Positions 13,806 to 29,355 of a stretch of DNA of 64,000 bases are shown piece by piece. Source of the DNA: Salpingoeca rosetta. Taxonomy: Eukaryota; Protista; Choanoflagellata. The stretch's first letter is position 1. Every line of letters begins with the position of its first letter. The notes beneath the pieces are model-generated. The model worked only from the letters and a program-made list of their open reading frames with translations. It was not told the DNA's origin and did not search any database. The position numbers and the translations under genes were made by a program. Where the stretch lies: positions 474,728 through 538,727 of the forward strand of contig JAWQFM010000027.1 of assembly GCA_033442325.1 (NCBI GenBank). The letters run 5' to 3'.

Positions 13806-13927
13806 GCAGCAGCAGGGCGATAGTGTTGGCGCAGAGAGAAACAGCAGTGGCGCGTGTGGTTCCAATCCTGGCGGTTGTAGAAAACCTGTAAACGATTTCC
13901 TCATTTATTCCGCAAATTACGACATCC

Positions 13928-15810
13928 ATGTCATCGCAAACGCGTAAGCAGCAGCTTGTTGTGAATGTGGTGATGATGATCGTGGGTGGTTATGGGTGGT
14001 GGTTGTGAGTCGTCGTGCTGCCCGTGCGTATGCGCGTTCTCACTCTGTGTGTGAATGTGGTGGCTGTGTGCAGTTCAACTGTTTCTGAGCAAGTACGAGT
14101 TTATCGGAACCCATCCGGACCTTCCCAACGGTGCATTTGGCCAAGTGCTTGAGTGCGTAATTCGTGCAACCTGTGTGTGTGTGTGTCTGTCCGTCTGTCT
14201 GTCTGTCTGCCTGTCTGCCTGTCTATGTGTGTATGTCTGTGTGTGTGTGTGTCTGTCTGTCTGTATGTATGTATGTCTCTCTAAATCTCTATCTCTCTCT
14301 CCCTCTCTGTCTGTGTGTCTGGCTGTCCACATGCCGGTGCTCTCCCTTCGCCATGTCCACCTGTCTGTATCCCTGTTCACCTCGCCCCGCTCATTCTGCC
14401 CAAACACCTGCCCCACCGCTTGCTTCAATGCACAGGTGTCAACAACGAGGTCCTCGTGGAGTCCAACTCGCAAGCTCCCACCAAGAGCAAGAGCAACGTC
14501 GCAAATATGTTGTCAAGTGCATTGATTTCAACCGTCATTACCACATCTGCCAAGCGCGTGGCCATGACATGAGCAAGTGCCCCGACAAGGAGCTGCAGCG
14601 CGAGTACGATCTCCTCATGCTCGCACAGGTACGGCACACAAAGAGCGCATTTGGAATGTGCGCCAGTCGTTGCTTGCCCGACTTGTGAGGGACAACACTT
14701 GCACGCCTTTTGTTTGCCCACCCACGAATGCTCCTGCCTTCCTTGACCTGACACTGAGCTGAGTCTCACCCCCGCTTGTGTTGTGCTGTTTGCGTCCGGT
14801 TGTGCTGTTTGTGTTCCTTTCACGGCCGGACAGAGCTGCCCGTACCTCTGCAAGGTATGCTGCTGTGTTTGCTGCTGTTGATATGATGATGTGCCAGTGT
14901 TCTGTGTTTTTCCAATTGGAGCATGAACCTTTGCATGCAGCATACGCTTGCTCGTTGTGACAGTTTCGCGCGTTGTATCAACTCACCGCAGCCCGTGTTT
15001 GATTGGTTTGGTTTGCTGGCTGTACATTGTTCCTCCCACATCAGTGCATTGAGGTGCTGTATGTGCCTCATGACCACATGTACATCGTCATGCCACGCTA
15101 CCAAGGAGACCTCCTCAAGGTCGGTGCATGTGGACACGCCACGTGGCACGTGGGGCGGTGTAGTGGTGGAGAGCTGTGGAGTTGGTTGGTTGTGGAAAGG
15201 AGTTGAGGAAGTAGTGGGACCAGCATGGCTGCTGTATGCTCACGTTGTCACGTCGTGAATCTCTATTCTGTGTTCAGTTCATCGAAACGCACGAGCTGGC
15301 CCTGTCAGGTAAGCTCACTGCAATGCCGTGTTGTGCTTGCTTGCTCGCATGCATGCACACACATGCACACACACACACACTCTCTCTCTCTCTCGCACAC
15401 ACACACACACACTCTCTCTCTCTCACACACACCCACGCGCACACACACTCTCTCTCTCGTATTATTATGGCAGACCTGAAGACGCTCGCGCGGCGGCTGT
15501 TGTGCGGGCTGGCATTCCTGCAGGAGCACCACGTCATTCATCGCGATATCAAACCAGAGAACGTGCTGCTCGACGGCACCGTCCACACCGCCGTGATTGC
15601 AGACTTTGGTGCGCTCACAGATGCTGCTGATCGCGTTGTTGTTGTTCTTGTTGTTGTTGTTGTTCTTGTTGTTGTTGTTGTTCTTGTTTCGGTCTTATTT
15701 CGGTCTTGTTGTTGTTGTTGTTTGTTGCTGTTGACGATGATAATTCATGTGTCAGCAAGAGAACGATGGTGGACCTGCAACGCCGCTTGGCAATTCGCTC
15801 ACCACGTGTA

Positions 15811-15896
<86 letters not shown>

Positions 15897-16062
15897 CTTT
15901 TAGGCTGCGGGCGACGCGTAACAGGATCGCATCCAACCGTCGGCATGGGAACACAGGTGCGGGTGTAATGCACACCGACCGTGTGTGTGCAGTTTGCAGG
16001 GCGTGTATGTTGATTGCGTATCGCCTGAAGGAACATTCACTCGTGATCACTCACACACACAC

Positions 16063-16114
<52 letters not shown>

Positions 16115-16453
16115 ACACACATACACACATACACACACATACACACACCACAACGGTTTGGCGAGCAGCAATACCAGTCGCCTGAAATGATGACGGGCCA
16201 GCCATACGACCTGCACACAGATATGTGGTCGACAGGCTGCCTCCTCTACCTGGCAGCAACACGCCGCCTGCCGTTCCCAAGCTTCGAATTCGCCCTCACC
16301 CGCACCATTGATTTGGATGAAGTGGGTGATGCGTATGGTGATCGCACGTTCACACAGCTGCTCGATGCATTGCTGAGCATGCACCCGCACCACCGCCCAC
16401 TCGCAGCAGATGCACTCATGCACCCCTTTGTCACGTCATCGTCGTCGTCCTAG
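13928..16453 (+). CDS. Divergent Ser/Thr protein kinase (subfamily unassigned)
   Basis: Exons 13928-13943, 14074-14152, 14436-14628, 14834-14854, 15045-15119, 15278-15308, 15474-15608, 15904-15956, 16169-16453, phase-consistent. NGAFGQV, YVVK, HRDIKPEN, DFG, GTQQYQSPE, DMWSTG. Confidence 0.85.
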
Positions 16454-16478
16454 TGATGTGCATCTGCTTGTCGCCCGT

Positions 16479-16519
<41 letters not shown>

Positions 16520-16987
16520 CATATTGGCTGCCCGTTCCTTTGTTCCTTCCTTTGTCCCATCATTTCCCGTGGTTTCGTTGACCTTGCGTTTGCACTGAGG
16601 GGAACACATGTCTACTGCCAACAATAACTCTCCAACATCCACAACAAGACAACACCACGAAACTGGAGGTTGGAAAAAAGCACCACAGGGATAGGAGGGC
16701 TCGCTTTCTTCACGACAACCACAGATACACACGCACAAACACATACACCTTGCCGTTGCAAAGGCACGCCTGATAAGAACACAAAACCGACAGCGAGGGA
16801 GCAAACCTACACCATTACAAACAACCAACACCAATCACAACAACATCAACTGCCACACACCCCCACAGGCTCTCACATAACAGTACACACAAACATCGAG
16901 CACAAGCAACAAACACAAGCTTCATGTACCCACAGAACGGAGTGCGCTCGTGCGTGTGCGTGTGTGTACGCGTGTGTATGTGTGCGT

Positions 16988-17196
16988 TTACTGGCCGGGC
17001 TCGCGAACGTCGTCAATCTTGAGGATCATCTTGACGAGCTGCGTTGCAAGGCTAATCTGCTGTTTCTTGCCAATCAGTGTCTCAAGCACATGCTGCTTCT
17101 TCATGTCTGCTCATCGGCAAGCAACACACGGCAACAAGCAGTGCAATCGCAATGATGAGTACAAGCAACCACCACGCTCAGCAACACACGGTTGTG

Positions 17197-17261
<65 letters not shown>

Positions 17262-17346
17262 TGGGGAAGCAGCTACAAATGCAAACAGAGCACCGGGGTG
17301 TAGCATCTTGTCTCACACAACCACAAGCAACAGCAAGAACAGCGCC

Positions 17347-17380
<34 letters not shown>

Positions 17381-17649
17381 CAGGCCAAACACGACAACCG
17401 GTGCACACATACCGCTGGTGCCCTTCTGCTGGCAGTCGATGCCGATGAAGGGGTTGTTCTCCTTCACCTGCGCAGACTTGGCGTTTGCAACTGCACCAAG
17501 CACCAGATGCATAACAGTGTTGTGAGTATCAAGTTTACGCCAGTTGACATGACGTGGTGGTGCTAGTTGGGGGTGATGCGACTTGAGCTGACAAAAGCAC
17601 ACAAGAGAGCATCGAGCGTTTGGCAACGACAAGCAAGCGCGCTACACCG

Positions 17650-17683
<34 letters not shown>

Positions 17684-18158
17684 TTACGTGATGCAATGGC
17701 GGGGAGGCCGGAGTTCTCGGCGAGGGCGAGCGGGATGGACTCAAGCGCCTCAACAAACCCGCGCATCGCATACTGCTCCAGCGACGAAATCTAACACACA
17801 CACACACATACACGTACAGCAGACGCACGCGGCGGCGATACAGTTGTTACACACAAGTGGGGAGATGTGGGAAGATGCCACAGCAAGCATTGGCCATACT
17901 CGCGACCACAAACCACGTCAGCCCACATGAACACACATCAGCGCACATCGACCACAACAGCCACAACCACCACAACCATGAAACCCACCACAACCACGTG
18001 ATTACAGGAGCAACAGACCTTGTCGGCCTCCTTCTGGACGGCAAGACCGCAGGCAATCTCGGCAGCGCCGCCGCCGTACACCACGCGGTTGTCGCGAATC
18101 AGGTTGCGCACAACGCAGATGGCATCGTGCAGGCTGCGCTTCGCCTCCTCCACAATCT

Positions 18159-18227
<69 letters not shown>

Positions 18228-21200
18228 CAGGCGGAGGGAGGGGGTTTTGTGTCAGGGCAGGTGGAACAGGACCATTTGGGGGGGGGGGGGCAATTGGGTG
18301 TGCATGGGTGGATGCATGCGCAGGCAAGGGGGAGGCGTTCAACAGACGAACGTTGGACGAAGCAAAGGGGCGTGACAGACACAGAAACATCTCAGCACTC
18401 AAGACCGCACAAACACAAACACACAAAACATTAAATACGGCACAAAAGCAAATCAAGGCGGAGGGACGCACCATCCTGTTGCCACCGCGGACAAAGACGG
18501 TGACGGCCTTGGAGTTCTCGCACTCCTCAATCACGAGCATGGTGTCCTGGGTGGTGCCAAAGCTAATCTCGCGAACGGAGCCAGCCTTGCCCAGCTTGTC
18601 GGCGCCAAGCTCGCTGAAGCGCGGCACAATGCGGCCGTTGGTGGCAATGGCAACTAGTTCCATCTCGGGGCCGCCCACCCAGCGCACGGCAGGGAGCTCG
18701 TTCTGCAGCAGGAGGTGGTTGGGCTCGTCGTCAAAGCCCCACTGGCACAGCACAAGGTTGGCACCCGTGTCCTTCACCTGAGGTACAGCAGCGTGTCGGC
18801 GTGGTTGACGGATGAAGAAATGAGCAACGTGTGGTCCAAAACGACAGGAAAACAACGACAAAAACGTGGAACACCAAATAAACAAAGAGGCAAGTACACG
18901 AGATGCAGACACAGGCCGCATCACAGGCGACCACGCAAACACACACAATTGGAAGAGGGTCGCGTGTCAACACACCTACAGTCACACACACATATGTGTG
19001 TAGCCGAACACACACACACACCACCACCACCACCACCACCACCACAAAACACAGCCGCGAGCACCAACCTGCTTGATCATTTCCTGGAACTTCTCCTGCT
19101 CGTATGCGCGGAGCTCCTCATACGCTTGAACGCTCGTCACCTCCAGCTTGTGCGTTGTCTTGGGCTTTGGTGGCTCAAAGGGGCACGTGAGGATGGCAAT
19201 CTTGGCGTCGCGCACAACCTTGGGCATCTGGGGATGGCTCATGCCCTGCACACCAAGGGAAGCAGGGGAGCGGAGGCACACAAGGACAACAGCAACAGCA
19301 GCGGTGAGTGAGTGGGCCAAAGGGATGAGAACAGTCACCACAACACGACGTGCGCACGACAGCAAAGGCACCACACGTACAACCACACGTACAACACAAA
19401 CAACACAAACAAACAAACAAACAAACGAACAAACAAACAAACAAACAAACAAACAAACAAATAAACAAATAAACAAACAAGCAACACGAAGCACACAGGA
19501 AAGGAAGCAAGGAGCGTGTCGGTGGTGTGCACCTTCTCGATGATGACGCCCTTGACGAGCCGCGAGTCCTCGAGCTTGGCGCCAACCTTGCCATCAAGCT
19601 TGATCAGCTCAAAGTTGACGTCCTTCGTCTCAAAGTCCGCAACAGAGAGCACCGCATCCACAGCCATCTCCGCAAACTGGCGGTGGCACCGGTTCACGCT
19701 GCCAGAGCAAAACAAAAAAAAAAGGTGATGGGGGGTGACAATCAGGCAAGGACAAAGGGCCAAAAGCGTAACGTGAGCGGAAAAGATTCCTGCTGCTGCA
19801 GAAGAGCAACAAGATCGAATACAACCGCTACGACAACCAAAGAACAGGACAAAAGGCTCTGCGTACACCCGCTTTAAGGCAGGCACACACACACACACAC
19901 GCAAACCAATACCTGCACATATTCTCGCTCACACACACCGACCTACACACGCACCCACCAACACACGCGTACACATCTACACGTGCACACTGACACACGC
20001 ACACATGCGCACACATGCACACACGCGCACTCCCTCCTATTTTGAGTTCATGCATACATTTTGCTGCCGAGGGTGGTCATAGCCGTCTCGACGAGGGGCT
20101 CCTTGTTCTTGGGATCCACGGGGAAGTTCTCGCTAATCTCGTCAAGGCGGTCCAGCGCAACACGCGCAGCCATCTCATACCTGCACATGCAATCGGGAGA
20201 GGAGGCAACAATGCAAGGGGACGGGCGTGTTGTTGGACGAGCAACAGTGTACATTATGAGGCGTGCAATACAACGTGGCGACAAAGCGCTCAGGGTGAGA
20301 GCGGTACAACAGCAAAGGGCCAGTGTCATGTAAAGCGATTGGGGTGGGTATGTTGAGGTGACGCACCCATCGGCAATGCGGATGGGGTGAAGGCCCTTGT
20401 CAAGGAGAGTCTCTGCCTGCTCCAGGAGCGCGCCCGCAAGCACTGCGAAGGTGGATTTCAGGACATTGGAAAAAATGTTATCGATGCGGTGTTTTGAGTG
20501 CACACGAGCAAGAAACAGCCGCCATGCGGCCCCTCCCCAATAACTTCATCCTCCTCCCTTGGCACTACAAACAAGCATGGCCTCTCCGACATCATCAAGC
20601 GACCCCTAATGCACACCACAAGATGACACAGAACCACACTTCACATGCACACGCCCTTCCTCTCTTGACATGAACCACGCCATGGATGCACCACTACCAA
20701 GAATCAAACACCACGACCTGAAAACACAAGTGCCACACACGCCCGTGCCACACTCACCAACGACGCCAGTGGTGCCATCGCCAATCTCGTCATCCTGTGA
20801 CTTGGACAGCTGCACCATCAGCTTCGCAATCTCGTGTTGGACGTCCTACCACATCAAGCGCAGCAGCAATTAAAAAAAAACAGTGGGAGGGGAAAGGCAA
20901 GGGAGCGTGCGAATGAGTGAAACAGATCCGAGACCAATCGCTCCTTCTCACAAGCGCGCGCAGGTTTGCACGGCGAGGGCCACAAAGACGTGATCGCGAA
21001 CGAACCATTTTGTCGAGGATGGTGGCGCCATCGTTTGTGATTGTGACATCGCCATCTGCGCCCACGAGAAGCTTGTCCAGACCCTTGGGTCCAAGAGAGG
21101 TCCGCAAGGTGCTGGCAACGGTCTTCGCAGCAAGGATGTGTGCCTACAGCATCGCAACGATCACAGCAATTGATCGGTGACAGGCCCGCATTATGTTGTG

Positions 21201-21545
21201 TTGTGTTGTGTTGTTGTGTTGTGTTGTGAGTTTGAGGTGTGTTGTAGGTTGTTGAGTGTGTGCGTCTTGTGTGAATCGCCATTTGCTGGTGTCAAGACAC
21301 GGCCCTTAGGCAGGATTCAAGCCCCGCTTCCCCCTTCCCATTGTGCACGAGCACATCATGTGGACCAGAGCACGGAACCACACCACAGCATATGCACAAG
21401 CACAACGTCACACATCATATCACATCACATCGCATCGCATCGCATACGCCACCTTTTGTGCCTCAAGGCCAGTGAGTCGGCGCTGCTTGTCCTGGTCGCG
21501 GATGATGATAAAGGGGCGACCGTACTCGTCAAATGTCAGCGACAT
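16988..21545 (-). CDS. CCT5: T-complex protein 1 subunit epsilon (chaperonin CCT5)
   Basis: 12 exons: 21545-21453, 21143-21006, 20845-20758, 20442-20367, 20180-20058, 19698-19533, 19245-19069, 18777-18472, 18156-18019, 17790-17688, 17490-17413, 17106-16988. [63 protein letters not shown]. Confidence 0.97.
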
Positions 21546-21757
21546 GGCTGCTTTGTGGGTGGGTGGCGGCTGGTGGTGTGCGCGATGCGATGGAAGGAGG
21601 GAGGGTGCAGGTGGATGTTTGTTGGGCTGGGTTGTGGTGTGTGGCTGTCAAGACAGGTGTGAGTTGTTTTTGGCTTCCACGAGGCAAACAACACACTTCT
21701 CGTTGGTAAAAGGAAATTTTACTGAAGATTTACTCAAACCATCGCAGACCGTTCACA

Positions 21758-23791
21758 TTAATTTGTGCTGTTGTGGACACTTCGCTCATGCCGGCGGAGG
21801 TTGCCTGCTTTTGGGAAGCCCTTGCCACAGAAGGAGCACTTGTATGGCTTCTCACCGGTGTGGGTGCGCTCGTGTTGGCGGAGGCTGTCGGCTCGTGTGA
21901 AGCCCTTACCACAGAAGGAGCACTTGCATGGCTTCTCACCGGTGTGGGTGCGCTCGTGTTTGCGGAGGGTGCCTGCTTGTGTGAAGCCCTGACCGCAGAA
22001 GGAGCACTTGTATGGCTTCTCACCGGTGTGGGTGCGCTCGTGTTGGCGGAGGTGGCCGGCTCGTGTGAAGCCCTTACCACAGAAGGAGCACTTGTGAGGG
22101 CGCGGCTTGCCATCATTTGGTGTGTGGGTGTTCTTTGGCACGCGGGCCCTGGTTGATGCTGCTGTTGCATTCGCTGCTGTTGCTGCTGTTGCTGTTGTTG
22201 TCGGTGGTGCTGACCGCGCCGTACCCTTGCTCACCTGCACCTTGTGCTCTCTTTTCTCTTGCCTGTGCTTGCCTCGCTTGACAGGCGGCAGGAACGATGC
22301 CACCACTGATGCGCGCGTACGCGGACGATTGTGAAGCTCGCTGCGGCTGCTGCGGCTGCTGCGGCGGCTGCTGGCACTGCGCTTGACGCTCTTCTTGCTG
22401 CCTTGTGAAACGGCATCCACCTGTTGCTGCTGCTGATGCTGCTGCTGCTGCTTCTTGGGCTTGACCGCCAGAGTCTTCTGCGCTGGCGTGGCTGCTGGCT
22501 TCTTGGCTGGTGGTGTTGGTTTCACGGGAAGGGCCTTGAGCCGGGCCTCGTTGATGATGCTGTCCATGAGCAGGTGCAGGATGGGCACGTTGTCAACGGT
22601 GAGCGCGTCCAGCTCCTTCTGCGTGGGCGGGGGAGGGTGCATGCGGTATCCAGGCTGGGTGGCCTCATTGGCGGTGGGGTCGAAGGCCGGGGCACCACCG
22701 CCTCTGCTGCTGGCACCTTCAGCACGGGCGACCTGCAAGTGCTTGACCGCCTGGTAGCGCCGGTACGAGGTCGGGTCGGAGAGATGCGGCAGATGCAGAT
22801 CCTCCACTTCCTTACGCAGCGGCTTTGGCTTCTCCAGCGGCAGGTACGGGCGACAGCCGTCTTCGGTGCGCAGGGTGTCGGACACCAGTGCCTCTGCGCC
22901 GTGCCACACGCGAGGAACAGCCACGGGCTCGATGCTGCCACAGCTGCCCTCGCGCTGCTCCTGAAACCGCTGCAGCGCGCCCGCCACTGCTTCCGGGGAC
23001 AAGCGAGAGGGCTGCGACGTGCTGCCCTCGCCAAGATCATCAGGACTGTGACCAACCTCGGCCGCGAGCACTGCCCTGACATCGTCTTCCGTCTCCTGAG
23101 GCAGGATGTCCTCCAACAGGATGGCATCGTGCAGTGCCTCTTCGCTGTCGTACGGGTGCTGCGGCGACGACAGCATCAGCTCTTCGTCCAGGATGTTGCA
23201 GTCGTCCTCGTCCTCATCCTCGCCATGGACATGGGCATCAACAGCACCGCGCTGTGTGTGCTCACGGCGCACGCAGCCAACGGAGCTGGTTGCCGCATCG
23301 TCGTCATCGTCGTCATCGTCATCGTAACCAACGAGGTTCTGGTCGAGCAGCTGCTCGTCGTCGTCCTGCACGTTTGCGCCAGTCTCCTGGGCCCACTGCT
23401 CCCATCGCCATTGCACGAGGGCGAGGTACTCATCAAGGTCGGCCTGCTCCTTGTCTTCGTCCGTGCGCTCCGGCACAGAATCTTCGGCAGCTTCGGCAGC
23501 TTCGGCAGCATTGGCGGCATCGGCGGATTGACCTTTTGGCGCGGTCTGACGCAGGCCTGAGCCGGCGTCCGCGGTGCCGCCATCGTCTTGCTCTCCCTCG
23601 ATGGCGGGCCAGTGCAGCGTTGCTGGCTTGCGCTTGGGGCCGAAAAGGGAGCGACGGACCCCACTGCGCCACCGATGACGCGATGCTCCGGGCACATCGG
23701 GGATGGCGGTGATGCGGGTCTCTCGCTCGGGCGTCGTTTCCCGGTCGTCGAACGTGATGGGCTTGTGCGTGAGTGGTGTTGCGGCGTCCAT
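21758..23791 (-). CDS. Intronless C2H2 zinc-finger protein: acidic then basic low-complexity N-terminus, 4 C-terminal Kruppel-type fingers
   Basis: Uninterrupted ORF; first in-frame ATG at 23791 (MDAATP). Four CxxC-x12-H fingers, joined by TGEKP linkers. Upstream exons cannot be excluded. Confidence 0.85.
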   Translation of the reverse strand: MDAATPLTHKPITFDDRETTPERETRITAIPDVPGASRHRWRSGVRRSLFGPKRKPATLHWPAIEGEQDDGGTADAGSGLRQTAPKGQSADAANAAEAAEAAEDSVPERTDEDKEQADLDEYLALVQWRWEQWAQETGANVQDDDEQLLDQNLVGYDDDDDDDDDAATSSVGCVRREHTQRGAVDAHVHGEDEDEDDCNILDEELMLSSPQHPYDSEEALHDAILLEDILPQETEDDVRAVLAAEVGHSPDDLGEGSTSQPSRLSPEAVAGALQRFQEQREGSCGSIEPVAVPRVWHGAEALVSDTLRTEDGCRPYLPLEKPKPLRKEVEDLHLPHLSDPTSYRRYQAVKHLQVARAEGASSRGGGAPAFDPTANEATQPGYRMHPPPPTQKELDALTVDNVPILHLLMDSIINEARLKALPVKPTPPAKKPAATPAQKTLAVKPKKQQQQHQQQQQVDAVSQGSKKSVKRSASSRRSSRSSRSELHNRPRTRASVVASFLPPVKRGKHRQEKREHKVQVSKGTARSAPPTTTATAATAANATAASTRARVPKNTHTPNDGKPRPHKCSFCGKGFTRAGHLRQHERTHTGEKPYKCSFCGQGFTQAGTLRKHERTHTGEKPCKCSFCGKGFTRADSLRQHERTHTGEKPYKCSFCGKGFPKAGNLRRHERSVHNSTN
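21773..22096 (-). repeat. 84-bp coding minisatellite (zinc-finger array, ~4 units)
   Basis: Units at 21815-21898, 21899-21982 and 21983-22066 are near-identical; the 33-nt block atggcttctcaccggtgtgggtgcgctcgtgtt occurs three times unchanged. Confidence 0.95.
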
Positions 23792-24489
23792 GCTTGGTCC
23801 AGTATGGTCTTGTGTGCATGGCAATTCATGACAACCAAAGCGAGCATGCCCAAGCGTGTGAGAACATGACTCCAATACATAAGTGTGAACAAGACAGCTG
23901 TTGTTGCAACAATTTGTTGTTGTAGGAGACGCTGTTCAAGGTGCAGGTGTAGTTGAAGGTGTTGTTGTTGTTGTTGTTGTTGTGAAAGGAGGGCTGAGCA
24001 AGCGTGTCTCCCTCGAATCCTCAAGAGTAGACAGGGCGCCCAAACACAGAAACACGCATTGGCTCATCAATAAGGCGCGGTCGGGAGGCATACAAGCCAC
24101 AACACTTGAGTGCATATGCCACGGCACATGTTCAAGCAACGAGAGTGCCATTCCTATGCTATGCACGGAGGCCACTCAAGCACTCACCACGGGCGACACG
24201 GTGCCCATCGACTTACTCGGGAATTGGCGGGAAGATGCCTAGATGCAGTGGATGTGAAGAATGCTGTGTACCGCAGGTCTGGTAGAGTACGTGCTATTGC
24301 TACTGTAATACTGTGTGGTGTGACGGGGATTCAAAGAGCAGCGATTCGACATGTGCGCGAGGAAGGAAGAAGGAAATTGACGGCGCGCAAAGCACAACCA
24401 ACAGTCAATGCATCAGCAGTGCAAGAAGGTTAGGAGAGACGCGCTCTCGGTGCCCCTGCCTTCAACTCCTCACCTTTTGTGTCGAGTAG

Positions 24490-24530
<41 letters not shown>

Positions 24531-24825
24531 TGTGTGTGTGTGTGTGTGGTTTAAGAGCGCTTGTTTCGCGCCATTGCTCTTGGAGTGAAGCCAGCGACTG
24601 GGGCTTCTTCCTTTCTTCTCGCTCTCTCCCTCTCTCGTTGTGACATTTGAAGCACATGTCTCGCCTGGCACAACACTAACCACTCATGATGAGTACAAAA
24701 GCAAAAGCCAAGCAAGAGCAGCATGACAACAAGCCAAAGCGTGTGGGCCATCATCCCCTCGGTGAATCACAAAACAAGTAAGGACGTTGAGGTTTGTGCA
24801 GCTTGTATGAAATCACGCTTCCTGC

Positions 24826-24839
24826 TTTTCCCGCCAAAA
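24826..24839. promoter_or_regulatory. Candidate E2F/DP-type site TTTTCCCGCCAAAA
   Basis: Matches the TTTSSCGC consensus with A/T flanks; related sites at 24224-24233, 24564-24572 and 24908-24916. Function not shown. Confidence 0.4.
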
Positions 24840-25063
24840 CTACACGCACACACCAGCAATAATACTACGAGAAAAACACGCCCATTTCTGTGTGTAATGG
24901 CACGGCAGCGCGGGAAGTACAACGTCTCACTGGCAGTGTTTCACTTTTTCTGTAATGATTGTATTGCATGCACGTGCCAGCAGAACAAAGAGGCACCAAC
25001 AACGCAGAGAAGGAAGCAAGCACGCACGAGAACACTTGAAGCGTGCTTGTGTGCGGGCGAGAA

Positions 25064-28991
<3,928 letters not shown>

Positions 28992-29355
28992 GATCTCAAG
29001 GCTGGCTGGCTGGTGATGCTCTCACGTCAACAAGTTTGGTTTTGGTCGGTTGTTGGTTGCTTCTTCGTTGTTCGTCGGCTGGCTGGCTGGTGGATGGTTT
29101 GTCGTCAGTTTCTCTACTACAGTTTATGATGTTTTTGACTGCGGGTTCAGTGGCCGGTTGCAGCTTTTTGGCGTATCTTTCTGTGAAATTGCAGACCTTG
29201 ATGTATGTTTCGCACACAAGTGCATGTGAATGCGCACACGGTGGATACGCTTCTGCCGCTGCCACCCGCCACACGTGTGTGTGGCTGTGCGCCTTTGCTC
29301 ATTCAACCCACCACCCACACTGCACACACACACACACACATCTGGACCTGTGAAG
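28992..29355. promoter_or_regulatory. Putative bidirectional promoter (PSMD11 / eIF3L)
   Basis: 364 bp between divergent ATGs; contains TGTATGTTTCGCACA at 29202-29216, also present at 37111-37125. Confidence 0.6.

Noticed and set aside
18716-18745. CCT5 [11 protein letters not shown] where Ala is usual (DDEANH)
   Set aside because: A single-base difference that cannot be told from sequencing error or a tolerated substitution without reads.
21815-22066. 33-nt identical repeats with variable intervening sequence, superficially CRISPR-like
   Set aside because: In-frame zinc-finger coding units; the intervening segments are homologous to each other, there are no cas genes and the context is eukaryotic.
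23880-24460. Short ORFs (79-113 aa) or a possible ncRNA upstream of the ZF gene
   Set aside because: No codon bias, motif or recognisable RNA structure; probably UTR or promoter.
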